Shown piece after piece: positions 1-13,640 of a DNA stretch of 64,000 nucleotides. How positions within the stretch are numbered: the first letter of the stretch is position 1; each line of letters starts with the position of its first letter. A program made the translations under genes and the position numbers. The notes under the pieces were generated by a model, which saw nothing but the letters and a program-made list of their open reading frames with translations, did not search any database and was not told the origin of the DNA. Source of the stretch: Iphione sp. A-MEVVRFRX5 (taxonomy: Eukaryota); contig OZ320317.1 in assembly GCA_976226885.1 (NCBI GenBank), positions 78,864,001 through 78,928,000 of the forward strand, given 5' to 3'.

Positions 1-2
1 AC

Positions 3-198
3 TACACCCGAAGGTCATGAAGACACATACTCTCCACGCATACACGGACTAAAGGCCTAAGTTGGATGATGCCGTGGATAGAGATATAGTTCACATTTAT
101 CTTTGGAGAGAGTTTTCAAGGGTAGGGCTGAATAGAGAGATGTGCACTGATGCACACTCCCCCTCCAACAGCTATCCAAAGTTCATTCAAGAGGTCGC
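3..198 (-). mobile_element. Possible decayed DNA-transposase fragment (Academ/XPG-PIN-like ELWI...YISIH...LH..GC pattern)
   Basis: Minus-strand translation DLLNELWIAVGGG...(stop)...NYISIHGIIQLRPLVRVCVESMCLH, then FGC in a shifted frame. It resembles from memory the ELW.AFG.G...YI.IH.I...C...FHA.TGCD signature. Contains a stop and a frameshift; no search run. Confidence 0.3.
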
Positions 199-514
199 CA
201 TTGGTTATTTCTTACATTTTTTCATTTTAAGTCTTTATCACTTATGGGGTTCATTTAGTCACTTCTGTATATTTAACAATAATATATAGGTAGAGTGTCT
301 ATTTTTATAATTGTTTCTTTACTACATTTGCCTTGGTCCGTCCATCAGTTACCTCTGTCCAATATATTGTTATTTGTAATTGTAACTGTTTATTCGAGTT
401 CACACTTCACTTTTGATCAAGTCTATAGACTTGAAATTGTGAATACACTTTGTTAGCTCCCAACGTCCTGAATCGAGACTTGTCTCAAATGAGGACGGTT
501 CGGAGACCGAACCA

Positions 515-543
515 AGGGTGTCCCGATGAGAGATGTTCCACTG
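515..543. mobile_element. Isolated right terminal inverted repeat of a Tc1/mariner-pogo-like MITE
   Basis: The reverse complement reads CAGTGGAACATCTCTCATCGGGACAC, the same CAGTRGA.C.TCTC style as the complete MITE at 34251. No partner end was found. Confidence 0.4.
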
Positions 544-2267
544 AACATGTATATCAACTGTGCATAATTGCTTATTATTAACTACTTTTAAAAGCTAATA
601 TGTCTGTTCTACGGCATGGTGTATATGTGTTCGTAAAGATATCTTGGATATTATTTTGCATGTGAATGATGTATCTTGTTATTTCTACAGCTATATAATA
701 TAGCCTCTAAATCAAAATGATAATGATAACTAGTACGTCTGATACAACATATCTTAAACACCATCCCAGGCAAATTGAGAGAGTTAGAGCCAATATCAGC
801 GTTAAATGGGATTTTCCCTATTTCATATTATTTCCGATGTGTTATGACCAATCATACCTCATGGAATTTCGATCAATGATAGTCACAACCAAACATCCCC
901 ATGTATATAAAACATTCTCAACGCACGGTCTTTGCATCGTCATATAAGTAGTTTCAACTGAAACAACAGTTTAAAATTGATACTAGCATGTGTTCGTTTA
1001 GTGGAGTAAACGCACAAAAGCAACTAAAAAGGAACGCGTTTGCTCTATGACTTATGCAGAGTATTCTCCAGATACCGTCTACTTTATCACCTAACCCTCG
1101 ACCCCTTTCAGGAAAACATCTAGAAAGATTATACCAGCTGTTCTATTGTACAATATCTGCTTGTTAACAAGAGCAACGCTTATTCCCGGGCCCGAACCGA
1201 CATCAAACATTTCTTTCTATGTACATCAACTGATTTACCATAAATACACTACACTAGTGATGATTTCAGAACTTTGGCTGTTCCCTCCCCTCCCATTCCA
1301 CCTCTTTCTCGGCAGAAAGAGAAAAAGACTAATGCACAACACAGAAACGGTAGGATGAACACCAGTTTTGCCATATTAAAAGTCTCGCGTTCATTGGGTG
1401 AGGGATTCAGGTCGGAATTAAAAACACTACTGTTGATATCTGTGAGGTTTGCATGTTTCTTTTAATTTCTTGTTGCTGCTCAGACATTTCTCCTCCTTAT
1501 GTTGTTGTCAATGTAAATGCCGTCTGTGAAATTATCCTTCATATTGAGCTGCGCATAAGGTAAAGGGTGTCCTCTGGCAATACCTTTGTGGAATAGCTAC
1601 ATGTATTTATTATAGTATTCATTTTTTATTTATCAACATCCCAGTTACACGGAATCCACCAAGTGGTCGGTTTTCATTTTCAATTGTGCGATATCAGAAC
1701 ATAAATGCTTGGTAAATGATTTCTCATTTGGAACTAAAGAAAAATGCTATCAAAGCTGTAACAGTTTTTAATATTGCGGAGGCAACATTTTATTGGAAAC
1801 GCATTCTAAATTTTGATTTCATATTTATGAATGTAAAAATGATGGACTTTATAAAATAATAATATTTCTAGGTACAGGCAGAAGAATCACAAGAGTTATT
1901 TTCAGCATACGTTATGCATGATGCACAATCATATTTATTGACGGCGCCCAATGAAGAACTAGAATTATAACTAAGAAGAAGTAGATTGTATGATTATTTC
2001 AGATTATGCACTTTCAGATTATGCATGTGAATATACAACAATTAACCTGATACCATACTAACCATAGGAACACAATCCGCTATGTTCCAGAAGTTGCCTC
2101 AATGTAGTCATCCCATCCCCTTGTTAATTTCACATAGGAAATGTGTTTTCTCATGATCTCTTTTCATCCTCTTCACATATATGAAATAAAGAACTTCACA
2201 CATCGCACATCAAAAAGCTTCCATCGTGGAGGAAAAAGAACTTTATGAGATGAAAAGTTTCATGGGT

Positions 2268-2640
2268 GGGGAGGTAGCTCAGTGACAGAGCACTGGTCCA
2301 CTGATTGAGAGGTTGAAGGTTCAATCCTGAGCTTGGGACCCTTGATCAAGTACCAGACAGATTTACTGAAGCCCCAATCCAGAGTGGTCTACAACTCATA
2401 AAACAGCCATGGGTATATCAGATTCTGTCCTCTATGCACAAAAAGACTCCAGATACCTATTAAAAGTAAGAGTAGAGGACAACCCCACAGATTCTGGTCG
2501 CTTAATTCTCAATAATAGATGGTAGTATGCTACCCCAGGAGGCTATGGAAGAGCCCTGTCCTGATGATAGGTGAATATATTCCTGGTTAAAGATACAATG
2601 AAATCAAATGAAAAATATCAGCGTGTTTGAAACTAGGAAG
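2268..2640 (+). mobile_element. tRNA-derived SINE (degenerate)
   Basis: Pol III A-box-like TAGCTCAGTG at about 2275-2284 and B-box GGTTCAATCC at 2318-2327, with tRNA-like spacing but no intact cloverleaf. A non-tRNA body follows. The 3' boundary is approximate. Confidence 0.6.
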
Positions 2641-4109
2641 AAGACAGACCTGTCGGTTCGCCCTGATAGCGATTGCATGTTGAATATCCTACCGGTGGCA
2701 CTTCTCGAATTGCACGGGGCCTTGGGTGGAATATTCGACCGACCAAAGAGGAAAGTCATAATCCGCTCGATATTCTAAATATATACACCCAAATGAAAGA
2801 TCATCTGTTTCGCTCTATCTATTACGCGGCGGTAGGACGGTGCCCTAGAGAAATCAGCGGTGAACACTTCATCATTAAGATATGCGCCCGTTGAGTATGC
2901 AGTTTCCGACACTGTGGGGCGATATGTGAGACTTCGCCAGAGTGGTTGATGTTCAGCATAGGAATACCTAATGCCGTATTGTAGCCTTTGCAATCTTTCC
3001 ACGCGTTGTGCTTGTATAAGCAGCGTCACCACCGAGAGAAAACAAGGGACGCGACCGTTTCTACGCAAGCCATTAAAATTGTACGATAAAAACCAAGTTT
3101 CTATAGAGTTAAATGCGGAGTGTCTGTAGGAAAAGGACATGCCTATATACAACGAATGAAAAAAACAGAGCTGAATTAGCCTACATTTCTCTCTTCAGCA
3201 GTATTTCTATAGCTTACGTTTATAACCGGGTCCACAGAGTTCCTGAAGCCGCTATGTGACAAATAAAGCCACACCTACCCAAACACAAGTGCAATCTACT
3301 TTCCAAAACTAGATTAAGATCTTCACCCTTATTTTCGTTACAGGATTCGTAAGTAGGATCATTTAGCAGAAGCAAGTATTCGTTCATCTAAAAGTTACTT
3401 TTGTTCTGTTTAAAACAATGTTGGCACGTTCTCTTACCTAGACACTGGACGCACTTATGTAATGCCTACAGAAAACCTATTTATCACTACTAATGTAAAT
3501 ACTGCTTGGAATGCAACTAATTAACATACACGTATGCCAGCAGGCAGACATCTATTTTATCTAATAGTGTGTTATCTGAGGGGATAAAATGACATCGTAA
3601 AAAAGGCTCTCCAAACTGTCAGTCTATCCTTGCACTGAAGAAGCGAATATGTTGCAGCTAATGGCTCTTCTCCATTAAAAGTGTGTCCAAGCTGTTTATT
3701 CACCATCATACTTGTCACCTCGCTAAAAATGCGTAATGTGAAGAGCTACATCGAGGCAAATAATATCAAACTTGCACTACCTCTAGGATACGTGTATGCG
3801 AGACACATAGGCAGTGGCACTGTCAGGAATGCACCTCAGAAAATTTCCCAACGGAAGGTGAAGTGTCTGGAACATTGACCGGCTAATAAAAGGTTTTGAG
3901 CATTTGATTGTATGCTTTTGGGGTACAACAGGGGGGAAAAGCATGAATGAATGCATCAATAGAGAAGCGAGAAGAAAAGAAAATTGCGGAATAAGTGGAC
4001 AGCAGCAAAGATGATCAATTAACTGAGAGCATGGCTGTTTGAGGGGAACATTGACAGAAGGACAACCCATAAACCTGTTTGAGAAAAAGAATACGGCTAT
4101 AACGTCAAA

Positions 4110-4140
4110 TGGGTACATGTACATATATGTATAGATATCA
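4110..4140. repeat. (ATGTAT)/(AT)-type low-complexity microsatellite
   Basis: gtacatgtacatatatgtatagatatcaatgtatatgtatatgtatatc is directly visible. Confidence 0.7.
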
Positions 4141-5759
4141 ATGTATATGTATATGTATATCAAGTAGAAAAGGAAAAAGAGAGATGTAGAAATTGAATAC
4201 ACGCAGCTTACTCTTTGTCTTTCGGACACAGCGGCCTGTATAACAGCAAAGGGAACAACAGACGCAACGACGAATTTGTATCTTAGTTGTCTGGGAGGAA
4301 GAAGATGTTCAACTTCCAGGTAGTAATGATGGCTATTCCAGCCACCGACATTCAGCAATCAATCCGGCTCATAATATGTGCATTACCCGTATAGACCCCC
4401 CACGACAGGTCATCACTCTGGGACTGCAAGCTCTGTCGTGATAAAACAAAGCCCATTGATATACATGCAAGACGAATCACTGAGATGGTGCTCCACGTTG
4501 ACTCGCAGCAACCAATTCGTCCTAGGGAACGGATGACACGCCGGTCGCCACGGCCACCCTTAAGGCACCTTGTTCGCATGGATCGTATCACATTGCCGGC
4601 TCCCCGGCGAGCCATTTTTCTCCCTGTATGGCAAGCCAGGGTGAGGATATTGTGGTATGTCTTACCGCTGAATAATGAGGGGTCTCGCCGCCATTATGCT
4701 GTTTCCCGCTCCATTCTATACGTAGAGATTATCTGAGAGCCGTTTAATGCTTTATCGTTCTACATATTTGATAGTTTATAGGATCCCTTCCGATTACTTT
4801 TTTTTGGACACTCTAAATGCTCGTCCACTAGCCCTGTGCATGAGAGCCAATCTCTGTTGGTGCTTTGCTCTTTTGTTTCTATTATAAGCAAATGCCTGTA
4901 TGAGATACGATGTTTTCCCTGTTTATTCGTCTTGCTCAGGAGAAAATCGCCTATGCCAGTTCTGCTCCTCATATCAATCATAGTCCATCAGCTCCACATG
5001 GCCTGGGTGCCCTTTCCTCTCTGGGGGGGGACTTTCAGTACTAGCCGGGACCACGCCCATTAGTGCTCGCTCTCCTTGATCCTATACCAGACATATGTGT
5101 ATATTAGATATATGTGTATATTATATATCTGTCCAGTGTGCAGGCGTGCCTTACATTGCTATGTAATGCAATGTTTTCAGTGGGATCATCCATCTTTATT
5201 ACAGGTCTTTCCATTTTCCATATAAAGTCCATATTCTGAATCATTATGTACCCAGTCTGTGGTGTATACATTCGGAATAAAATCATTTTCACTTGAAAGC
5301 AAAACAGGTATAGTATAATGACTGCAAGTGTTTTCCTTTTAAAGGATTTCCCTTACTTATTTATTTGTAAAATTGATTTTTTTTTTCGGTGGGCATCGCA
5401 CATGCATTCAATCAAAAGCAAAGGAGGTATGATAAATCCAATTGCTTATCAGATATATGTTCAAAGTATGTAGAAACATAATTGTCATCGTGCGAATAAG
5501 AAAGACTGCTTAAGATACTGTTTGGCCACATTCTATTTGACATGCATGATGTCAGAATGTTGTTTATCTGCTTCGGTTTTGAAAGGTAGACGCGCAACCA
5601 TACCGAAGACATTGATAGCGATGAGGAAACAGATGGAGCAAGAAATCAACATAGAAAATTATGTAAAATCCACAGACCATGAGCTGTAATATGGATTAGA
5701 AAGAATAAAGGATCAAACGAGCCACATCCTTTAGCTACCTAGGTCGTGTTCATGATAAG

Positions 5760-7400
5760 AAATTGCCATGTGGAGCACGTTTCGGTGGTCCTCATCCTCG
5801 CCACTCAGAGACTGTATGGGATGATGTGTTTTATGTCCTACTCTCATATTCTGATTATTTGAAAGTCAGAGCATTACTACTGCATATCAAATGGGTCATT
5901 GTTCCATCTGTGACTAATGTGGTATTCTATCGGTTGTTTGAGGTGAGACAGGTGACGAATTCTGCAGTCCATGTTAACGTTTTTAAGGAAACTGTAATGT
6001 GGATCTCTGATAATCTGATTTGTGGGAATGTGCAACTTGCCAATAGGACCGTTGTATGTAAGGAACAGGAAATCTTGAATACAATGCCTCATTTGACTGG
6101 AACCTTATTCTTGTGTGGGCCTAGCTCTTTGAACAGTAAAGAATATTCACATGAACGAGCACCTTTGATGGCGAATCTTATTAGAGGAGAATGCCACAGT
6201 ATATGCTGTGGGATACACACCAGCCTCTATGGTGCATTACCTGGGGAGACAAGAACCTTATTTCAGACACAAGTCAATGTGAATCTATGAAAAGCTTTGA
6301 AAATCAACAAGGTCAAAATGTATGTTGATGATGGCATTTTCGAGCACCTGTTGAGGTATAAATATTCACAAGACATTTATTTGATAAAGTTAAACTGGTA
6401 GAGCTGCTTGCATATTACTTTCATTCAACAAAGCTATTAATCTGTGTAACAATATTTGCAATGTTTGTCCTATGTCTCCATCATGATCTGTAGATGCACA
6501 ATTATGAAGTGTACCTTCTATACACATCTGACGCTTTGTCCTATCATCTATTATATTATTCAGTTTACTCAAGTGTTCTTTTAGCTATTGGATATCCAGC
6601 GAAGGGTATTTTATATTTTATACTTTCGGTTAACTGAAACGTGAACTTGATTAAATGTAGGACACCCACCATTGCATATCCAAGAGAATGTTATTGCACA
6701 TTCACCTGTAAATTATTACAACAATAAATGTCCCAAATATATTTGTCCATGAAAATTGCTTGCAGCTTATATTCTAGAGGGCTACACACCAAAAACATAG
6801 CGGGTACGTGATACATTCCAGTAGAGTATGAATCATTACAGCGTGAGAAGATTTGCGGGCCCCGCTGTGCCATTAGAGCCCTCTGAAGTAGAACACGCCG
6901 TTTGATATTTCAAAGGAAATTAAGCAATTTTCTACTTGAGATCAACAGAAAGTCCTTAAGCCGCTTCCCTTTTACTCACCATTAAACGAAACAACTGCGA
7001 ACATCATTCCGGATATTGTTAATCAGCATCCATCCAACCAAGCAAGCTTGTCTTGTGCGGACAGTAAATTGATCAACGATTTCCTTCAATTAGCTGGTCG
7101 TGGTCGCTACACAAAGAAACCATGCAACTTTAATGGCTAATGTTCCTAGGTAGTACGGCAGCTTTGTTGAAAAAAGCAGCTCTGGGATTTAGGAAGAAAA
7201 AGCTGTATACATTAGATGAAGGCATGTTCTGCAGGTTGTGATCGCCTTTTCCCAAGCAACTTTGAAGGAGACTTTCACCTTTGGATTGCCAAGAAAAGCA
7301 AACCGCTAAATTCGGGCATGTCGATTCTTATTAACATCAACGTTTTCAGGAGAAACTGATGCCTTGTCAATTCTAATCAGCAATGAAATGCATTATTTCA
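5760..7400 (-). mobile_element. Highly decayed Penelope-like retroelement (RT plus GIY-YIG endonuclease)
   Basis: Motifs occur in the expected order on the minus strand: FLGNPKVK (about 7300-7275, cf. FYGLPKIHK), MDAD*QYP (7033-7009, cf. DV.SLYP), NGVFY..NGTA (6903-6863, cf. NG..Y.Q..GTAMG), KYIWDIY (6744-6724, YxDD region), KNKVPVK*GIVFKISCS (about 6115-6062, GIY-YIG start) and SL.GEDE near 5800. Many stops and frameshifts; boundaries approximate. Confidence 0.55.
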
Positions 7401-8989
7401 TTGTGTGGCTTTTAAAAAAAAATCTCTCAACAAGAATCGATTTCTTTCCTTTCTCGGTCGTTGTGCAACCACTGATCAAATAAGGTTCGCTTATTAAATT
7501 CCTACTGGGAGAGCAATTATTTCTATGCAGAACATGACAAAAATATTTACTTTTTCTAGCTGTTTATAGAAAGTGTTATTCCCGGCACGACGATTGATTC
7601 GTAATGTCTAAGTGGAACGTTCAAGTGCAATTGTTTATTTCTTCTTATCGAAAACGATCATCGATATTTCTTGTTTCCTTTGATATGAGGACTTTAGCGT
7701 CGCATCAAGCCTACTTTAACAGACTACGTTACTGTCATTATTTGAATCGACTGGCCTATGGTATGTCCTTGCACAAAAGTCAATAGATACTTGTGTTGTG
7801 TGTGTAAAATGTCCACGTAATAGTAATTTCTTTCCTTTAGATGCTACACCACGATATGAAGCAATATGTATGAAGGTCGTCCGTCCAGTGCCTTTCCCTT
7901 GGGGGGGGGGTCTTTGTTGGGTTTGTTTGCTATTCCTGCAGTTTTGTGTTCTATAAGTAAGAAAAGGTTTCAACTGCATGTACATGAAGGATGGGGTTTT
8001 AGGAAATTCCTTGGCATAAGAATCGCCTGATTTCATCTTTGTTGCTGTATTCAGTTCAATTCCCGTAACATTTAAGAACAATTATCATTAATCAGGAACA
8101 TAATCATCAATCTACATTCAGATCGAACTGACGATGCGACGGAAGATCTGCTGTGAAATAACAGGTACATTAGAAATGTGAAAACTGTTAGCCTCTGAGG
8201 ATGAATTTCGAGTGTAATCCTTAGCATTTTTGTTCTGAATTCCTCCCCGTTGTAAATACGAATAGCCTGCACATATATTGCGTTAGATGTCTGCAACTAA
8301 TGCTGATTACTGCAAAGGTACACAGCTGTCCTCTTCTGGGATAATTCTATAATTCCAATGTTGGGAACTACATGTACTGATGCGCATAGCGGTCTGAAAA
8401 TGCTAATGGAACATCGGATAGACCTGCGTTTTATAGAGAGGTCATCTCACTGCTACGGGAAGGATTCAATAGAGATAACGAAATGGATATGATCTCCATT
8501 ATTATCTGAGGGAAACCTTCTAAAACCAAAGATAGCTGAAATTTTATTCGGATACGTATTATTAACAATATGACCTTGGGACACCCTTGTCTTTCTCTTT
8601 CTTAAAGTTCAACTTCCACATGAATACGTGAAAGCGGAGTTAAATGCCATTGCCTATGATGATACAGGAGGAATATTAGGAGCTCTGAGGTATCACAGAA
8701 GTTCAGTTTAAAAAACAGCAACCTGCAGGAAAGAAGGCTGAGGTTGGGAAGGCCACTTCTTGTCATTCTCGTGAGTTGATGTCTCTAAGAAGTTGGTGGT
8801 ATAATGTAAGTGTTTGTTTGATTCTTGAAGATCGTGGTCTTTCCCCTAGGGTTGATTTCCTATATGTATGCCTGCTTTAGAGTCTAAGTGCATTTCTGCT
8901 GGGCTTTACTGAACGTATGGAAAGCTGCTTTTGTGTCACGTCTGTTGATGTGCGATGTCTCTTTGCTGCATACCACCTGACTGTCTGTA

Positions 8990-9480
8990 CTGTTGCTTGC
9001 CGCCGCCGGGGAAAGTGAGGAGGACAGAATTGTAACTTTGTGTTGATAGAGAGGCCGGGCTCGCAGCATATGCCTCCCCCCCCCCCACCCCCTCACGCCC
9101 TCCGGCCCGCCTGCTCTGTCCCAGCATTATTATCGCTACAGCAGACTTGACCTGGCCTGTTGATCGGCCGGGAGACATTACACGATTCGCCACTCGCTAG
9201 AAGCCCGCTTCACCGTCGGGCGGCCTTCTGTCCGCTTGTTCTCCTACATGACAGCGGCGATAACACCAGCTGTCGCCGGGGGAGCCACAGGAAAAATAGT
9301 GCGAATATTTGTGGTACGACCAGAGGAGCCCTTCGCCCGCCCCTCGCTGTCTGTATGTGCGTTACGTGACCGAGGGCAGGAATAAGGGGCAAGAGAGCAC
9401 GTTTTGAATGCTTTATGTCTCCACATATGATGGCTCTGTGGTGTGTGACAGGCCAGCTGCATGAGTCTGGGGGGGCCGAA
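8990..9480. promoter_or_regulatory. GC/CpG-rich non-coding block (candidate enhancer)
   Basis: Abrupt local GC/CpG enrichment with a poly-C tract, and no credible ORF in any frame. Confidence 0.3.
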
Positions 9481-12228
9481 CTCGATCCTGGGAAATAGGT
9501 CCATATCATTTAGTTCAGTCACTCCTTTCAGCTGTATGGCCCTTTGAACTGTAAGTAACTACATTGCACACGCATTTAAAATAGATTCTGTATTCCAACA
9601 AACTTTACACAGTACAGATTAAGTTCTCATAACTGAAGGAATAGTATTATCGTGATTAATGGTAGCAATGTTAATGATTTATTAGCTTTTAATGCACTTG
9701 CATTTGATGAAAAGCATGATTGATAGACTGAAGGCTGTGGCTGGCTGATGGAGAGTGGACAAATGTTTGTCGGATCAAGTCCGTAAGGCAAGAACATGTT
9801 CATATAATAAGCCTGAATATTGTGTCTATTCATCAGTTACAAGCGACAATTTGAATTCCCGTTGCATTTACCTACATGTATAGAATTGCTTTACTGATCT
9901 GTCTCTTTCAGATGCTGTTATGCATATGATAGCCTTTCGCATAGATTGTGTTTGAAATAAATGTCATTGTATGTGCCTTCTCTTTCTTACCTTCTCTCTC
10001 TAATACATGTACATTCTTTTCTATTTTCATGCGGACTCGCCTTGCGTTCGTCTACCTACAAATACCTTCCCCGCGTTTTTCTCCACCATTATCAGCATCT
10101 CTGCCGTGCTCTTCCCGGTAAAGTTCCTAAGTAGACTTGACACCCATCCTGTTCCAAAATTACTTTAATCAGTAAAGACGGTTAAGTTTAACTTCTGAGT
10201 GCTTTAGTTACCCCATTTCTTCCCAGTCCTTCATTATTGATCTAGGTATTTCAAATTATTGCCGCGGTATATCATTTGTGAAGAATGGGGAATAGGATGA
10301 AGTTTTATCCCTAGATTTTTATAACTAATATGTCTCCTAGGCAAGAGAATAGGTAAAATGGGTTCTGAAATGGTATACAAAGGATTTTAATGAGCGATTA
10401 TATTACGCTTGCCATCCCGGGACTTCGCTCTAACCTATCACCGCTCAGCATCTTAGAGTTTGCCTATTAACAGACAGCTTTCTATAATATAGGTTGTGCA
10501 AGTACGTGTGTATGGCTGCATATGATTAAAGTCATGCATGTATGCTAAAGGTCATGAATATATATATACTGTGACCCACTCTGGAAGAAAGTTTATGTTT
10601 CGTCGTTGTTAATATATCCTTATAACACACATTTCGCCGTACATTTCTCCGTTTGTGAAATCCGACAATTGGTAAAATGTTTTGTCCTTATTCATCCTTG
10701 ATATTCGCATCTTTGAGCTTTGCTTTCAAGAAGCGCAGTGAGTTGCACCAGTTAATTCGATGTCAAAAAATGGGAGATTTCACCTTGCAAAGAAGACCTC
10801 ATGATGTATGTTTTCTGTCTGAAGCACAAAACTGACTTTTATTCTCGACGTGACCTGTCTTAAAATCCAGATTGCCGCGAGTAGATTACTTTAAAGAGAA
10901 CCAATGCACCTGCCACACGGCTTTTTGGAAGTCGCTATTCGCCGCTTCTTCGTTCATATAAGGACGTTTGGTGGACTCAGCGCTCCTGGCGCAATGGGGT
11001 TTGTACTGTAAACTATCATTTGCATGGCACCGGCCCTGTCTCTCGGCGATCATTAGTCTTGCCATTTAGAGATGGCGTGCACCGACCGCCACCCATAAGA
11101 GCCGTACATTCACCGCTGCCCGGGCCTGCTCAGAGGCCGTTTTTATTAGCATCCGGAGAGCAGGACCGATGGACATGCCTGATTGGCGTCAGCAGCTCGT
11201 AACACGCCGAGATAGGCAGCCCTCTTCACTTATTCAAGCGGGGCTTAAACGATGATCGCTGAAAAGATCGCAATACCTGTGCATGTAATTGCTATACGTA
11301 TATTGCATACTTCGTGTGGGCCCCTTGGTGTATTGAAACGTGACAACCTTACATCAAAGGAGCACCTCACTGTGAGAAGCAACTAGCTCAGGGAATAGCT
11401 CTCTTCGAGAAGGGATGCCTCTTTATGTGCGTAAATGAACATACTGCAATGTTTTGAAGTCATTAGGATGCAAATATTTTACTTGGGCTTTTTTCTTATT
11501 TCTTTAAAAATATGATAAGGGAAGTAACGTGGCAGAAGATCTACACCAATTTCATCCTGGTACTGCGTAGTCATGTTATCCTGAAGCAAAGTAGCTCGAT
11601 ATACACATCATGCTGAGATAACTGAATCGGAGTATCCTAGATCAATCAATGTATATACTTCTTGGGATAACCCAAATACACCTCAAACAGACTACTCCAT
11701 CCAAGTGGTTGTGACTAATATGAATAAATGTTTTGCTTTGAAACGTTTAGCAATGAAATGCATTTTAAGTGACATTTCCAAAGTAGGCGGTTAGGAAATG
11801 AAGCTGTTGGCTTCCACTACTGAAGAATCCAGCCCAGGTCAGGTAAAGAGGGTTTATTACAGGAAGACGTACAACCAGCAACTGAGGAAGTTTACTCGTT
11901 TGCAACACTCACTTATATAAGAAAAAATCCCCTCTGTAAAACAGTAAAACTCTCTCCGCAAACAAACCCCTTTTAACAACAAAAGCCCTCCGTCAAATCC
12001 TGACTAGCCCTCCAAGAAAATGCACTTATCCCACCTACAACAAAGTGCATGGTAGCCCTGTAATAGAGTATTTCATCAGCAGTATGTGCTGGTATTTCAT
12101 GTGGTAGTAGAGCAACACCACTCTGGCTCCGTAGGTTGTTTTGAAGGCGGCATTTATTGGCTATTGCGGTAGTATGATTTCATCAGGACCATCAACAGGT
12201 GGATAATACCAAGGACATCCTCTGAATG

Positions 12229-12244
12229 TATATATATATATATA
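12229..12244. repeat. (TA)n microsatellite
   Basis: TATATATATATATATA is directly visible. Confidence 0.9.
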
Positions 12245-13449
12245 CATTGTATATTTGTGTAGGTATATGGCCGACAAGCTTGCAAGCAAGCATATAAAGA
12301 CTGCAAGATAAATAGCACCAGCCTTTTCTTTTGTGCGACAATGGACTGTAGAGTAGGCCGTACAATAAGCATGCAATGAGGGGGACCTGAATTGTGAGAG
12401 GAACAATGGCATTCACTTCACATAAGCCACGTTGATAGGAGAACCCATATTATGTTCTATAATTCGTTATTGCTTCTCCACAGATATGCTTTTGATTAAT
12501 AGTTATGTGCTATATAAAACACTCCGTTCTCCTACCGCACATTTGCAATACAGGAATGTTGCTTGAATGCTATGAGCGGCTGGTGGAGCGCCATTTAAAG
12601 CAACCCTTAATGCTATGATCATACGCAACTACTCCCTTGTGGTTCCCAAACCCCGAGTCAGGACAGTCAATTCGGTCACAAATTGTCCCTAGTGTAATGC
12701 CTTGAACTGGTAGACGACGATTATGTGAACATAAATATTTACACCTACTTAGTGTGCATATCAACTATGCCTGTTGGGCCATTAGTCAGCCGGCAGAGTG
12801 TAAAATGTCAGGGTGCATTCTATCGAAGCAATATACCATCACCAGTCAGTATGAGGGCGGGGTTCAGTCGTGGTAAATCACCATATGAAAGCCTGTGTTT
12901 ATTCAGGTTGGCCATCCTCATCAATTCACCCATCTCCAGCTATGAAATAAGGTCTTTATGTGTCCTGATATATGCATATATATCCATATAATACTCCTGG
13001 TTTGATAAAATTATGAAAGAGCTTTTCGATTAGAATTTAAGAGTTCAACTTACATTACGCATCGAACTTCCTGATATTCTTTTGGCCTCACCTTGTCCTA
13101 GTCTAAGAGACAAATATGGCATGTCTTATCTTATATTGCAAATCTAAGGGTTTCGCTCACACGTTGACTACATTATTCCTGTTAAGATTCCTGTGCCAAT
13201 AATAGTATGTAGTAATTGTCTCATTAGTTGTGATAACTTGCTGATGTGAGCAGGCAACTTTCAGTTCATTTTCAATCACTCATTCTATGGTACAAAGCAT
13301 AAAGATTATCTAACATTCAATTCCTGAATGTTTTGCTTTTCAAGAACCAGATAAGATTAAACCGTTGAATGGGATATATTATATCGGACATAATAAATAT
13401 ATTAATCAATTGATTTAGAATTTGAACGGTTAAAATTGGTCTTTTACAG

Positions 13450-13640
13450 GGGGACATGGGGAACCATTATAAGAGAAACTGCAGTACATAGTTTGTCCTA
13501 CGCATGAAGCAAAAGTACGCCGTCAGGGCTATGGAGGATGACACGTACTTCAAAAGCCAAAGTGTTCCAGTCTTGAGGACGAACAAGCTAATCTACAAGG
13601 CGGTAATGCAGATTGACAGGGTCTGGAAGGGATCCCGCAC
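13450..13640 (+). pseudogene. Exon-like relic with one in-frame TAG (NTR/TIMP-like pattern, weak)
   Basis: Acceptor cttttacag at 13441-13449 and donor gtaagt at 13641. Frame GDMGNHYKRNCST*FVLRMKQKYAVRAMEDDTYFKSQSVPVLRTNKLIYKAVMQIDRVWKGSR. Confidence 0.25.

Noticed and set aside
2268-2340. Functional tRNA gene
   Set aside because: A and B boxes are present but the acceptor and anticodon stems do not pair, and there is no nearby poly-T terminator; treated as a SINE head.
4284-4615. ORF 4352-4615 continuing through a TGA into MSVAGIAIITTWKLNIFFLPDN (readthrough or endonuclease relic, SRID motif)
   Set aside because: No recognisable family or SECIS, and SRID alone is too short to support a LINE endonuclease call.
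5779-5798. Hammerhead-like GATGA-GG-ACCA-CC-GAAAC (minus strand); also CTGACGA at about 8132
   Set aside because: The first lacks the CU of the CUGAUGA core and a proper stem III/cleavage triplet. The second lacks stem II and GAAA.
5763-6290. 175-aa plus-strand ORF as a gene
   Set aside because: Better explained as the antisense shadow of the decayed Penelope-like GIY-YIG region.
10920-11000. KRPYMNEE (minus) resembling HMG-box helix 3
   Set aside because: No preceding HMG helices, and the surrounding frame is closed.
12290-12800. PIF1/Helitron helicase-like bits (LTNGPTGIV; QVPL/TVH/EKAGAIYL) on the minus strand
   Set aside because: The spacing is too long, the pieces are in different frames, and the KSQG and YVALSR motifs are missing.
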